A stretch of DNA of 64,000 bases from a virus (lineage: Duplodnaviria; Caudoviricetes), in IMG/VR virus record IMGVR_UViG_3300039189_000053, positions 2,012 through 66,011 of that record; one strand, written 5' to 3'. Under the pieces are notes generated by a model. The model saw nothing but the letters and a program-made list of their open reading frames with translations, searched no databases and was not told where the DNA came from. Below are positions 21,201 to 29,265 of the stretch, piece after piece. A program made the translations under genes and the position numbers. How positions within the stretch are numbered: position 1 is the first letter of the stretch; each line of letters starts with the position of its first letter.

Positions 21201-22347
21201 GTTCACTGGCTGCTTTAAGTTGCTCGCCTGGCTCTTTAATAGCGGCGCTACCCAGACCCAGAGAACCACCAAAACCAGCACCCAGTACCGCATCGGTAAA
21301 GGTATGGGCCGTCAGACTTTGATCATCACCAATGGCTGCGTTAGAAGCCGCTCGAGCAGCAACGCCTTCTGCGACTTCCTGTGTGCCTTCTTCTGCGGCG
21401 GATACTGCCGTTGTTCCGGCAATCCGACCTGCGGCCGTCTTGCCTATTTTCTTTCTCAAGGGTCCCAGAATTTTTGCCGTAGCGGCACCACCGATTGCAC
21501 CAATCGGCGCAGAACCCATAAAGGCTGCTTGACCCGACTCATCGCTGACAGCGTCCCGGGCCTCGGCCTCACTCATATCCTTCTTGTCTTGCAGCTCCAT
21601 GAACATATCCAGAGCCTGGAGCTCTTCATCGGACATATTCTGAATACGTTCTTCCGCATCCCGTGCCTGACTACCACCGGCTTGAAGACCACCAATAGTG
21701 GCCATGGCTGTGGCTACTGCTTTTGGACTGCGCATCATAAACGCAGCCGCCTGTGGTGCGAACGAACCAGCAAGACTGGCCGCCTGACCCAGGTAACCTT
21801 CTACCGATGGATCATCGCCAAAGCTCCAGCTTAAAGGGTCTGTCAGATCACCGGTCGGCGTGCTTCCTTGCACGGCCTTTTTAAACTCCGGATCCTGCAT
21901 TTGGTTAATTTGATCGCCGCCTTCATACATCCAATCTTCAAGACTTTGAAGCCATTCACTGGGGTCAGTAATACCCGCACTGTTCAATGCTTCATTGGCC
22001 GATTGGATCTCGTCATCAAGACCCAGTTTGCCCAGGCCTTTTTCGACAAGTTGCCCTCCAATGTTGACGATGTCTCCAATACCGCCCATGACAGCGCCGG
22101 TACTGTTCACCCCTACTTCCGTGAATTTCCGGGCGTAGTCCGAGTTTATTCCAAAACCAGACAGCGAACCGCCTGGTTGTTGGCGAGCTTTTAACGCAGC
22201 CCGTTTTTCATCGGCAGCCACTGCCACTTTGGATTGCTTGGTAGCCAGAGCGTCGTTCAGACGATCCCACTGAGACACACCATCATTGGCTGCCCCTACG
22301 GGGGCAGCCTTGTCGGCAAAGTATTGATTGGCGTCGAATTGACTCAT
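12211..22347 (-). CDS. Virion-encapsidated RNA polymerase (N4 gp50-like)
   Basis: 3378 aa; motif A REGDGITNGP, motif B RKRVKTPLTAMAFG and motif C LNVHDA; HEVLH zincin-like motif; no Cys found on reading; C-terminal FINYD...GLVFFTKYYLR. Confidence 0.97.
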   Translation of the reverse strand: MSQFDANQYFADKAAPVGAANDGVSQWDRLNDALATKQSKVAVAADEKRAALKARQQPGGSLSGFGINSDYARKFTEVGVNSTGAVMGGIGDIVNIGGQLVEKGLGKLGLDDEIQSANEALNSAGITDPSEWLQSLEDWMYEGGDQINQMQDPEFKKAVQGSTPTGDLTDPLSWSFGDDPSVEGYLGQAASLAGSFAPQAAAFMMRSPKAVATAMATIGGLQAGGSQARDAEERIQNMSDEELQALDMFMELQDKKDMSEAEARDAVSDESGQAAFMGSAPIGAIGGAATAKILGPLRKKIGKTAAGRIAGTTAVSAAEEGTQEVAEGVAARAASNAAIGDDQSLTAHTFTDAVLGAGFGGSLGLGSAAIKEPGEQLKAASERQEVRNEEARQVDTKIAEAIIDGDYETLEDTESFPIERVAFALHKTAVNKKLPKKIRKASKKSLARLETKLNKQLDATEAQFAGATARGKEAVKSQMKRLKSLAKAARQTGDQDGLQRLKEEQAALKAKVRGAFDNAPDMKARVREKSAELQGALDVIRKRRSVLKSQEETDVDVDKLLQTATDANQGSDVRKSAGKRAVTLLMKDTSSLPDESVTALNESTGSLLDSQEQTYLKTLSKAAKARGKLTGTDGTTNDLLSEKGKDGFRSLPEYRSLVNAALEAGDTDSANEYLNELRSFAKRHKAKARLAKEAQAESRPGQQMALWSDPSSADGWVKRPGRGKADDALLRANGGLQFSQAPGSKKLAQRIAQEAQAIIATGKELSAAIEVAQRPDTATTQGTTDAQTQADQRPEETEQSETTAQAEPEAPAADESRTDAKPTEDAEVGADGDQTPTDTTRDVAEPVGDGRDSGQPESETAPGRSENDAGNESATAYGLTFTPVKGQLAPDLLDSTNLIEAYFIVRKLIDDGRSKHPLTTRENFLSEILQPAVANNGTGLEPFVKDLDQAEDSQQVRYLKALTRFIEATNAKVADGFKKRTTDTSRRYDFLQFFADAEGNLPENVQTAISVAASQFVQDLAAGNQYNTRKQIASMVDRSSAEQVTGPEYDALYDKGSYESVIVHDLGRKAIEALGLKSSKDAPNNAVAQLELALGHAALQALYRQEILIREGVRSEFFKEENATKAENRTSKPIHWFTRLARNEDGTPVDSAAELYDASKGSKSIGNKLFAVENETTGPVFEPPKMTQKTTKGRDENIPSEQKKILENEMATKQWTIRQDMKALVEQLELMLPGQSRELLARMAGAKDLTNYIVQATNKASVDGKNDALYREVDHLLDFYNREEFVDEPNKPFYFPLSVWVNQRVGMLSNTVNPLTSKVHRFMLQMPEWSYTVPVKGAGKGISKKAQHNFRQFKLAVLEGLGAPVDKQTNERSLKHFDKEVKQAQPHIDTVTRLTTGQTVTPEEVSALADFVGRKEQFHTFDALVNLSRWQTAKKTGAGEFTSTLVREGDGITNGPALATILSGAWKSVDSGLTLVEKMGFFGKGAKHQSAGAWQEDDANNDLYQSLAVRVDELARKAYQRAMAEGKTKYASVFALMGSFTNEPQKRDEEVDGPRPVSGDGRKRVKTPLTAMAFGSGIGKAINSMGQEMVDLFFEQLEGALNSGKPDSDRLEDAQRLVKTLNPLLPKNAKAPIPTSLVQAQRLTLTSEQRNHAVAQFEITLGKHVKTALKEQFGDFIEFRDQMNRVASHSYSMFQLVRNFEKRKFLKELNIKTNKQGEPLQTLTARQEEELNARIRAATPVMHTAMSKRSSELGAGLHMADIESQVQKDNPAFEVGSTFAQPIPVTGDTDVSWTDKKNRERVNNSGQRTALNGFGRAHEYSDPGVRSFIMSAHALDSAIASRTYTNFQALNVHDAAIVAAPEMQTVAERMNQETLKALVNYSLPEAFMQTGYRVLRDFEGRLFEMEQDPEFRKAYKDALNGSIENVKGDLMSALRAADQAEANKLALLAALQTVNQYGVEGGEYTLTDADYTRIAERAKTTVSQRVLGDQALREQSLAEAAEPDIDESAGTEPAWGTVGTPVHTSDSALVSLLANNPNMKVRDLVAQLPRTKLTQALQKLVDPDIEIQYVTKDTPTDGMPDEDVSEAQGFWNFRNGVEKIYLKSPDFVESGLTPEMVTHEVLHSVLYHVVDDAQNGNGSRKAQKFTKELESLRRATQVYLDKPENAELKARWEQTNALDNEHELLAWGLSNPEFQELLSKVRYKTRNKKSLVKGLMAFVDAIKGMLFGQDAGKIKDTGLEAVIVNGAGLMHEAKQARTRTTEATAKQQDSVGNTAAQWTSEQVYDALASDRGTANDAQLREVLRTIVSTVHGPYGAWVANDGLATPAEVYTDAIVSGEMPFATEAGGVFYLTDQELFVLEQAEVSIEAALATDTTAYKALVRTFSRAKRSIDPSDLSNDPDQAQAQYDFLFDITQEPGENRTRHLSRFAALALVHPKVNAALEKSTAEGETFNSWFDSVTSRLGDRMNNTNAQQADNARILKLSQRLADIQAKRKAELSKERISAFDWFDDLSAIGQDAVAEKLTGVRSEDAKKRVEELVNSLANYRTNTQSERQNLLQSMVTEVLGATDKTQAFFKLLRMAGKNERDRKHIKDGTSRDIRRSFDALTDEESESITRVILRTDLSSLAEHYSQEDLEAMVRDPQRLQQAIEDWETQLQDLGYHTDYYLAYAKALGYHMTTGKVKVAHLNKNAYTLSRLYGVDNASVTEAEANAAEKVLDPLVSLYALSYTGESDRTRTSEVFRRENLRNEKSGMLYTLLTHKASKEDALSTVFGGDKTFMAKGYTRELYNPHRDVTVVARSEMERYQAKGWVLVSDKLPRDPMERTDREDQVMMMMPYGGMQSRVTGSFSMTGKRSKGTSSLGEVSSLSRRNREKARMNRTGQHYIQSASAKGKNFEPANVREGFTAPIYDPQGNITDYRYLMEESTKDTVLDRDNRAEEVLGATLSNTFDKQMSPLQNQRVLDALHQMEMDEMTDHPERFIEVSAVSPDPVVQEDYRLLPEDVKRQLRGADGRRKLYVRRDVYNMIFGYRKYSLSSIWDKHSDYRNGFESAFVGVMEGLMDWLPQIGVDTTRAQAKMRVRQFEDAWQDIIRQIKDAWVIKNVFTLINNIGSNVSILVWQGVSLENISQRHKEAVQGLLKYSKDQDELQTLARLDRVGLATSEQKQTMAELQDSMDRNPVKMLIDEGMFQTILEDVDTTDSDYSFTSRLRKRLDARTENVPKGVKTVTKNLFMTHDTAVYKTLSRATQMSDFVARYTLYQELVNRQDAPMDHETALQVISDTFINYDVPTHKAMQYLNDTGLVFFTKYYLRAQKVLWRLFRERGGRGISMVLLDQYFGGLPTFVEAGPDINNPMESGVLNYGEGLESIFPIHMLLKLW

Positions 22348-22356
22348 AGAAAGTCC

Positions 22357-23769
22357 TTACTGTCGGAATTTGGCCAGAGTGTTTTGGAACTGCTGAGTCA
22401 TTTCACGAAGTCCTGGTCCGCGGCCAAACTCTTGTTTACCGGACGTAGCTAGGGCCTCCCGGTCTTTTTTCCACTGCTGGTAGTTCTCATACTCTTTGGC
22501 CATCCGTGTGTTCCCTAAAATGGCTTCAATGTTTTCTTCAAGGTCAAGATCCCAGCCGCCGAAGTCATCAACCTCATAACCTTGCAGAGCCATCTCGAGG
22601 ATTTCCGGGGTTATTTTGAAGAGCTTATTGTCGACTTCGATTTCGGAGTTTGAGAACTGAGCAATCTCCTTCACCACATCACGCCGTTCGTCTGCGTTCA
22701 TCTTGTCGATGTTCGGTACTTTTTCGAGCAGACCTGCCGCTGTCATATCAGCAGGGCGATCCGGACGGTAGTACGGGTTGGACGTGATGCCCATAGAATC
22801 ATCCAGCTTCTTCTGACGAGACTCGATTTTTGCCTGATCCGTAGGTGCCAGTTGAGTGTTTCGAGTCAGTTGCTGATCCAGATATTGGATCATCTGCTGT
22901 TCTTGCTGAGGAGGCAGCTCGGGATACATTTCACGAATGGATGCCAGTTGTTTATTCCTGAACTGAGTATCGCTCACTGGCTTACTATTCAGGTGAGGTT
23001 CCAGCATTTTCAGTTGCACAGGCGTGGCTTTAGCAAAGTCAATCTGACCGTTGCTTTTCATGGGTACGTTGTTTTCCCTGGCAACGCTCAACGCTTTTTG
23101 CGTCCGGTCTTGGTACGCCTGGTCCCGTTGATTGATACCCGTACGCAGCGCGCCCCAAGCCAACTCGGCGTCTTCCTGTTCCTGGTAAGTGTTCTGAGTC
23201 TGGTCGAATTGCGTCTGCTGCTGATCTCGTAAATTCAGTGTGTGCTTGCGATCCACGGAATCCTGACTCGCTTGCTTCAGTTGTTGGGCCAGTTCGCCTC
23301 GGTTGGCTAACTCTGACTCGCCCAGGAACTTACCGGCCTCATCAAACTGATTACCGGCCAGCATGGACTGGAACCGATTCACGTCTTCACGTTCAGCCAG
23401 GGCCCGCTTCTTCTCGTCGTAGCCCAGCTTCGCCATTTCGTTTTCACGCATACCGGCCAGGCGGGTGCGAATAGCATCACCACTGGTTTGGTTTGTGTCG
23501 ATCAGCCCGTTGCCACTGAACTTTTCACGCAATGAAGCAATGTCACCGTTTTGCTGAGCTTCGGCCAATGCTTCGGGTGTGCGGTACTGGTTCATTTGGC
23601 TTAGGAAATCCTGAGTGTTGCGATCGGTGCGGCCTTCTTCATAGGTGTCTTTCGTCTGCCGGAGCGTATCAAACGCCCCTGACAGCGAACGGCCTGCCTG
23701 ATCCATGATCTGAGCAGCCCCACCAAAGCTGGGACTGTTGACGTTACGCCAAGTGATAGGTTGGACCAT
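22357..23769 (-). CDS. Internal virion / ejection protein (N4 gp51-like)
   Basis: PITWRNV N-terminus, Cys-free, next to vRNAP. Confidence 0.8.
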   Translation of the reverse strand: MVQPITWRNVNSPSFGGAAQIMDQAGRSLSGAFDTLRQTKDTYEEGRTDRNTQDFLSQMNQYRTPEALAEAQQNGDIASLREKFSGNGLIDTNQTSGDAIRTRLAGMRENEMAKLGYDEKKRALAEREDVNRFQSMLAGNQFDEAGKFLGESELANRGELAQQLKQASQDSVDRKHTLNLRDQQQTQFDQTQNTYQEQEDAELAWGALRTGINQRDQAYQDRTQKALSVARENNVPMKSNGQIDFAKATPVQLKMLEPHLNSKPVSDTQFRNKQLASIREMYPELPPQQEQQMIQYLDQQLTRNTQLAPTDQAKIESRQKKLDDSMGITSNPYYRPDRPADMTAAGLLEKVPNIDKMNADERRDVVKEIAQFSNSEIEVDNKLFKITPEILEMALQGYEVDDFGGWDLDLEENIEAILGNTRMAKEYENYQQWKKDREALATSGKQEFGRGPGLREMTQQFQNTLAKFRQ

Positions 23770-23770
23770 A

Positions 23771-24244
23771 TTATTTCACCCCATTCTGAGCCATGTATTC
23801 ATCCGGGCTTTGGTAATACCCCGGGTTTTCCGAGTACCGACGCCTCTGCCGATCACGGAGTTGGGTATTGGTGCGCTGACGTTGGGCGCTGTAGTTTTTG
23901 TTGAACGCTTTCTTCTGGAAATCCAGTTGGTCTTTGGCAACGCCCAGTTGTTTCAAGCCGGTGTATCCCTGGATACCCGCCTGAATGCCGCCCAGTGCCA
24001 GATTGCCCCAGCCATCTTTGCCCAACATGCCGTCAAAAATTCCACCGCCCTCTGGTGCTGTGCTTGCTCCCATAGAGTCAAACCCCGTGCCGGTCATCGC
24101 AGACGACGGACTACCAGGCTGGTAGTTGGTAAAGTTCAGGTCCAACCCAGGGTTTGGCATCATGCCCATCTGATTCAGGTCAATTCGTCCTGGCCGCATC
24201 CGACTGCCGGGTGTGTTAAAGTTCATCAGTTCAAAGCCGTCCAT
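23771..24244 (-). CDS. Internal virion / ejection protein (N4 gp52-like)
   Basis: Gly-rich segment followed by AKDQLDFQKKAFNKNY...N.QL.DRQ; gene order. Confidence 0.8.
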   Translation of the reverse strand: MDGFELMNFNTPGSRMRPGRIDLNQMGMMPNPGLDLNFTNYQPGSPSSAMTGTGFDSMGASTAPEGGGIFDGMLGKDGWGNLALGGIQAGIQGYTGLKQLGVAKDQLDFQKKAFNKNYSAQRQRTNTQLRDRQRRRYSENPGYYQSPDEYMAQNGVK

Positions 24245-26486
24245 AAAATGTCTCCCCTACTAGGTCATGGAACGTTGGAAGTTTCGTGTTAATCGCTACA
24301 TGCGATTCTATGAGGTCATACTGAAGAATGCCGGGATTTCCGACGTGTACCGTCCGGTCGTATAACGAAGACGGGTCTTCGCCCAATCGGATGGAAGGAA
24401 CCTGCCCAACAAACGAACGTGGATCGAGCAATTCATAGGAGTTCAACAGGTTGTCAATCTCTTCCAGCTCTTCCATTTTCTCGTCAGCCATTAACTGAAA
24501 TTCCTGGCTTTCTGAGCGGTACTCCGCAATCTGGCGCTGCATATCCACACCTGACGCGCTAACCAGCCCGTTTGCTGCTTGGATAGCGGCGAGTGCCCAA
24601 GTTGCTTCAGTGATGTTGCCGTACACCCCTGCTGCAAAGGCTACAACCGCCAGAACTATACCGACTTCGTACCCAAGTTCTTGAACCACTTCTTCAAGCA
24701 CTTTCGCCGCAATGACTTGAGTGACGATGCTGGTAACCACCGCCTGGAGAACCAGTAAAGCAACCGTTGCGTAGGCACCGGCTGCCCAGGCAGTGGCAAT
24801 CGGACCTGCTAAGCCCCCGCTAAATATCGTGATGACGATAGCGACAATGGCCATCACCACTTTAAATATCCCGGTTTCGTACCACTTCACGGTCTTCGTT
24901 ACTTTCGAGTTCATGACAAAGTGCATTGCCCGGTAATACAGGCGCTCTTTGCGATCGAACTTGAACGACCGGGCAATGTAGTAATCCAAAGGTATGAGCA
25001 GTTTGTCCGACCCGACGTTGGCCGTTACGCCTTTACTGCCATAGATGCTGTAACGCAGGCTCAGATCTTCAATCAAAATCTCATCGTAATGGGTGGCTGT
25101 TCGTTGGTAGACGTACTGCAAAACATCGACCGTGTAGGATTCAATAACGGTTTCGTATTCTCTATCATTGGGAGGTCCAACCGTTCGGCGGACTTTCCGT
25201 GTACGGACTTCCTGCACAATCTGGTGATGGTAAGTGCCTGGATCGCCTTTCACATCCGCCACGCGCTTACGCCGGATCTTGGAAAAGCTCAGCGTACTGT
25301 CGTAGTCCGAGTCTGCAATTCGGATAGCTTGCCCGGGACGGACCTGTTCCCCACCGGTTTGTCGGGTGGCGCCGCTTTGCTTATAAAGCCAGTCAAAAAA
25401 CTTGTACAGATACTCCTTGTCCACGCTGTCCTGTGAACTGGCTGGCACCCCAAACATCATGACGGCTTGTTCAAGTTTGTCCACATCGTCGTTGGCATGG
25501 ATTGAATCACTCAGCTCCTGATAATCCATCCCCAGCAAGTTCATTAGCTGAGCTGAGCTCTTATAGGCTTCCCCTTCCCGACGATGAGGTGCAGTCCAGT
25601 TCTGACCGTAATTGCGGAAAAATACAATCGGCAAAAATGAGCCATTTCCTAACACGTTACCGCTGTACAGCGAGTCCAGTCCCGGGTAAGCGCCTTGCTC
25701 GTTCTCGTAGGTAAAGTAGCCCACGGTTGTTTGGCCATTGTTGCTGTACCGATACTTGGCTTGGAATGCTTCGCCGTCGTCTTCAAAATGTTCCATGTTG
25801 AAAAACAATTCACTTTCTGTGCCGTTTTCGTCCACCAGTAAAGCAGTCACCCCATCAACCACCTGTTTGCCAAAATCCCAGACCGGCGTTTTTTCACTAC
25901 CGGTACGATAAGGTGTGTAACGATCCTGCGGGTGACGCTCCCACACAGCCAGTGTGCCTTCGTCAGGTGTACGCTCCTGTACTGTTTCCGCCGTAGCATC
26001 CGACATAATAGCCACGGTATTGATGTGACCTATCAGGTTTTTGACCCAGGTCTTCTTTCCTGTCTGCTGACTAATCGTGGTGACTTCGTTGGTACGTTCG
26101 TTGTAGCCATAGTCTTCCGTCAGTTTCTGCCAACCCACATGCAGATTGTTTGCCGGCGCAAAGTGGAAATAGTCCAGCGTCACGACTTGGCCCAGCTCCA
26201 GTTCGATGATGTTCTTTACCACGTCCCGGCCAGCACCAGCATTGATTACGTTGTGGTCTGGCGTGCCATAGTAATAGTCGCCTCGCTGAGCGTAGCGAAA
26301 GGCACGCTCCACTTTAATGGTGTGGCTTTTCAAACCGTTGTTAATAATGGTTCGGGTCAGGGTCCGATCTTTGAATATCGAGTCGATCAAGTTTTTCTGG
26401 TGTACATCGGGGATCTGATTGTCTTCCACCACACGGTTAACGCTGGTTGAAACGTAGGTTTTCTTCTTGCTGCTGAATAAGCCCAT
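24231..26486 (-). CDS. Structural protein with TM segments (N4 gp53-like)
   Basis: MGLFSSKKKTYV start; KWYETGIFK followed by a hydrophobic block. Confidence 0.85.
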   Translation of the reverse strand: MGLFSSKKKTYVSTSVNRVVEDNQIPDVHQKNLIDSIFKDRTLTRTIINNGLKSHTIKVERAFRYAQRGDYYYGTPDHNVINAGAGRDVVKNIIELELGQVVTLDYFHFAPANNLHVGWQKLTEDYGYNERTNEVTTISQQTGKKTWVKNLIGHINTVAIMSDATAETVQERTPDEGTLAVWERHPQDRYTPYRTGSEKTPVWDFGKQVVDGVTALLVDENGTESELFFNMEHFEDDGEAFQAKYRYSNNGQTTVGYFTYENEQGAYPGLDSLYSGNVLGNGSFLPIVFFRNYGQNWTAPHRREGEAYKSSAQLMNLLGMDYQELSDSIHANDDVDKLEQAVMMFGVPASSQDSVDKEYLYKFFDWLYKQSGATRQTGGEQVRPGQAIRIADSDYDSTLSFSKIRRKRVADVKGDPGTYHHQIVQEVRTRKVRRTVGPPNDREYETVIESYTVDVLQYVYQRTATHYDEILIEDLSLRYSIYGSKGVTANVGSDKLLIPLDYYIARSFKFDRKERLYYRAMHFVMNSKVTKTVKWYETGIFKVVMAIVAIVITIFSGGLAGPIATAWAAGAYATVALLVLQAVVTSIVTQVIAAKVLEEVVQELGYEVGIVLAVVAFAAGVYGNITEATWALAAIQAANGLVSASGVDMQRQIAEYRSESQEFQLMADEKMEELEEIDNLLNSYELLDPRSFVGQVPSIRLGEDPSSLYDRTVHVGNPGILQYDLIESHVAINTKLPTFHDLVGETFYGRL

Positions 26487-26505
26487 AACCGTGCCTCATT
26501 TAGAT

Positions 26506-26537
26506 ACAAAAAGAGGGAGCCAAAGCCCCCTCCCCCT
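26506..26537 (-). terminator. Intrinsic terminator after the gp54-like gene
   Basis: Minus strand GAGGGGGCTTTGGCTCCCTCTTTTT. Confidence 0.65.
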
Positions 26538-26561
26538 TATGCCTGTTGTGATGTGCTGCTA

Positions 26562-27410
26562 TTACGGCGCTGTCGAGGTAATCCCGTCCAGCAAGCGACC
26601 AACCGCCTCACCGATAAACTCATCAGACAGTTTGTTATCCTTGGTAGCCTCCGTGGTGTCGTCCATGGTTTTACGGACGTTCCAGGTGTCGACCAGCAGC
26701 TTGGCAGCCTTTTGTTCCGAGTCCCGGACATAGCCATTGCGCTGTGCTTCATACAGAGCCACCTGTTTATCAACCACACTATCCGGACCAATGGCAGCGC
26801 CATCCGTCTGTGCCCGCTCTGTGACCTTCTTCTGGCTTAGCAGTGCAGTCTCAGCGACCGTCTTGAGCTTCTGCTCCATGATCAGGTCGTACTCACCACG
26901 CAGCTTGCATTCCTGAGCGGTTAATACCGTGCCCTCAATGACTGCGTTGGCTTCTTGCTGTTTAACCAGGGAAGCCTGTGCATCGGTCTGTAGTTTCTGG
27001 GCCTGTAGGTTTGTTTTCTGCTGTAGCTGAACCTTTTCCTGGGCATCCAGCAACGCACCCTGTTTAGGTATGTTGAGAGCTTCAGCTACAAGGTTCGCTG
27101 TCTGCTGATCACTCAGCGCGGTCTGGGATTCAATCCCGGCACGCTCAGCAATGGTGTTCTGGATCTGTTCCTGAAGCAGTTGTGCTTCTAGGTCTGAACG
27201 TTGCTCTGACAGAATGAACTGCAGAGAGTGGGACATAACAGACTGCAGAGCACCAAGGTAGACCGTGGCATAGTCACCCCCTTTGATACGGCCCTTGGAA
27301 TACTCGCGCTCTACATGCGCTTCCATGGCCTTCATCAGGTGGTCAAAAATGCCAGTTCCGGCCAGGCTATTCTCACCGTCTGTGAGATCTGAAACTGTAA
27401 TCGCTGCCAT
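26562..27410 (-). CDS. Structural protein (N4 gp54-like)
   Basis: GTGIFDHLM...EYSKGRIKG.DYA and KQVALY..Q..GY.RDSEQKAAK. Confidence 0.85.
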   Translation of the reverse strand: MAAITVSDLTDGENSLAGTGIFDHLMKAMEAHVEREYSKGRIKGGDYATVYLGALQSVMSHSLQFILSEQRSDLEAQLLQEQIQNTIAERAGIESQTALSDQQTANLVAEALNIPKQGALLDAQEKVQLQQKTNLQAQKLQTDAQASLVKQQEANAVIEGTVLTAQECKLRGEYDLIMEQKLKTVAETALLSQKKVTERAQTDGAAIGPDSVVDKQVALYEAQRNGYVRDSEQKAAKLLVDTWNVRKTMDDTTEATKDNKLSDEFIGEAVGRLLDGITSTAP

Positions 27411-27436
27411 CGGTCTACCTCAGTGTTGCAGAAAAG

Positions 27437-28015
27437 TTACGCGCTTTTGCCTTGCGCCATGGCTTGACGTTGAGCCAGATCTTTCAGCTCAGACTCTGTC
27501 AGCGCGGGCAGAACAGCAATGTTGAACTCGTTGATCTGCTTGCCTTTACGCATCTGACGGCCTTTCTCGTCACGCTCGGTTACGAACACCTGGCACTTGC
27601 GGTCACGCAGCACGTTGTAGATGATGCGCGGGACGTGGTATTCCACACCGAACTTCACGAACTTGCGATGGGTACCCACCACACGGTTACCGGCTGTGAC
27701 GATTTCACCGTCCCACTCGGCTTTGTTCGGGTTCATACAGGTCACCTGGATCCGAACCAGTTCAGCCGCTTCTTTCTGCTTGCGTACCCGGCGTTGGTTT
27801 TCAGTCTCACCTTTAGGCGCCTTGGTATCTGCAAACTCACCGCTCACATTAGTGGCGGTTTCTTCGTCATTGGAAGCCTCTTTGTTTTCCAATACTTCGT
27901 TGATCTTTTTCCGCAGGTTCTCAGCGGTAATGTCTTTGCGGTACTTCAGGCCAATGGTGTCGGCCTTTGCTTTCAGCTCTGCCAGTTCATCGTACTGGGA
28001 GGTATCTTCGCTCAT
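27437..28015 (-). CDS. N4 gp55-like protein
   Basis: LVRIQVTCMNPNK and LPALTESELKDLAQRQ; gene order. Confidence 0.85.
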   Translation of the reverse strand: MSEDTSQYDELAELKAKADTIGLKYRKDITAENLRKKINEVLENKEASNDEETATNVSGEFADTKAPKGETENQRRVRKQKEAAELVRIQVTCMNPNKAEWDGEIVTAGNRVVGTHRKFVKFGVEYHVPRIIYNVLRDRKCQVFVTERDEKGRQMRKGKQINEFNIAVLPALTESELKDLAQRQAMAQGKSA

Positions 28016-28077
28016 CGTGCTACTCCAAAAGATTCAATAGGAAAGAGAAAAGGGAGGGGCGAACCCCTCCCGATTCA

Positions 28078-29247
28078 TTACATCGGTGCAGCAGTCTTGA
28101 TCAGACCAATGCGCTCACTACGTTCTAGCAGGAAGCCGTAGTACCACTTGATGGACATGAAGCCAGTCTCACCGTAAGGATCGGTGCGATCCGCGGTTTC
28201 TTCACCAGGCTTCTTGTGGGTAATCTTGAACTTCACTGTCTTGCCATCGGTCTGGAAACCAATGGTAGAGAATGAAGAGTCACCAACCACCAGCATCGGG
28301 AACACGTCAAACTTAGTGCCGGTGCTGTAGTGAGTTGAGTTACCAGTCGCGTCAGCGCCAGCACTTTCCCACTTCATCATCTCAGGCACCACGATCACGC
28401 GGAACCGTGCACAAGCACCGATCTCACCGGTCAGGGTGTTACCAGCGGCTGCGTACTTCTCAACCGGGATAAACGCCTTGTCACCGTGCAGGTCGGTCAT
28501 GCCTTCCAGCAGGGGCTGCAGCTCGGAACCCACGTACATCACACGGCAAGCCGGGATGGTGCGGGTGTCGATCATGCGAGTACCGGTAATCACCTTGGTG
28601 TGCTTCGGTGTGCGGTTGTTGTCCAGGTCGATCTGCAGACGCAGCAGGTCGTCGTAGGTCACTTCGTCAGCAGCATCCACTTCGACGTCAGCCGTCGCGT
28701 CGCCACCAAACTTCACAACACCACCGGAGTTCAGCAGGTCGATCTGAAGCAGATCTTCTGTGATCTCGTTGGCACCAGCGAGCATCTCGCGGTTAATGTG
28801 CATCATCAGATCAGCGTCAGTGTCGAAGTCCAGGGATTCCTGGGTGTATTCGTCAAAGAAGCCGAACTTGGCGATGGACCCTTCGATTTCCTTACGCTTG
28901 AAGCCAACGCGGTTAACGCGGCCACCAGCTTCGGAAAGCACTGGCATCTTGCCCGGGATAGAACCCACGTCTTTGCTGGAACCATAAAGGTTACCGTTAG
29001 CAATCGTGGCGCCGGTGGCGTCGATACCCTGGTCGTTGATGTTCGCGTCATCGAGCAGAGGCAAGTAGTGATACTTCTTGATCTTCTTGCCCATGTGCTT
29101 CGGTAGGTTGGTCACGTTCGCCAACTGTCCGAAATACTGCTCTTTACGCATCTCGATGAGTGCGCGCTTAATGTAGTGATCAGTACGAATCTGACCGCCG
29201 ATGTTAGACGGAGAGCCGCCTACCGGATCGTTATAGGATTGAGCCAT
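28078..29247 (-). CDS. Major capsid protein (N4 gp56 family)
   Basis: [39 protein letters not shown] and [15 protein letters not shown]. Confidence 0.97.
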   Translation of the reverse strand: MAQSYNDPVGGSPSNIGGQIRTDHYIKRALIEMRKEQYFGQLANVTNLPKHMGKKIKKYHYLPLLDDANINDQGIDATGATIANGNLYGSSKDVGSIPGKMPVLSEAGGRVNRVGFKRKEIEGSIAKFGFFDEYTQESLDFDTDADLMMHINREMLAGANEITEDLLQIDLLNSGGVVKFGGDATADVEVDAADEVTYDDLLRLQIDLDNNRTPKHTKVITGTRMIDTRTIPACRVMYVGSELQPLLEGMTDLHGDKAFIPVEKYAAAGNTLTGEIGACARFRVIVVPEMMKWESAGADATGNSTHYSTGTKFDVFPMLVVGDSSFSTIGFQTDGKTVKFKITHKKPGEETADRTDPYGETGFMSIKWYYGFLLERSERIGLIKTAAPM

Positions 29248-29265
29248 ATACTACCCTCATTACTT

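Noticed and set aside
12475-22194. Many + strand ORFs (up to 346 aa) inside vRNAP, and similar antisense ORFs over other genes
   Set aside because: Shadow frames caused by codon bias; no recognisable motifs.
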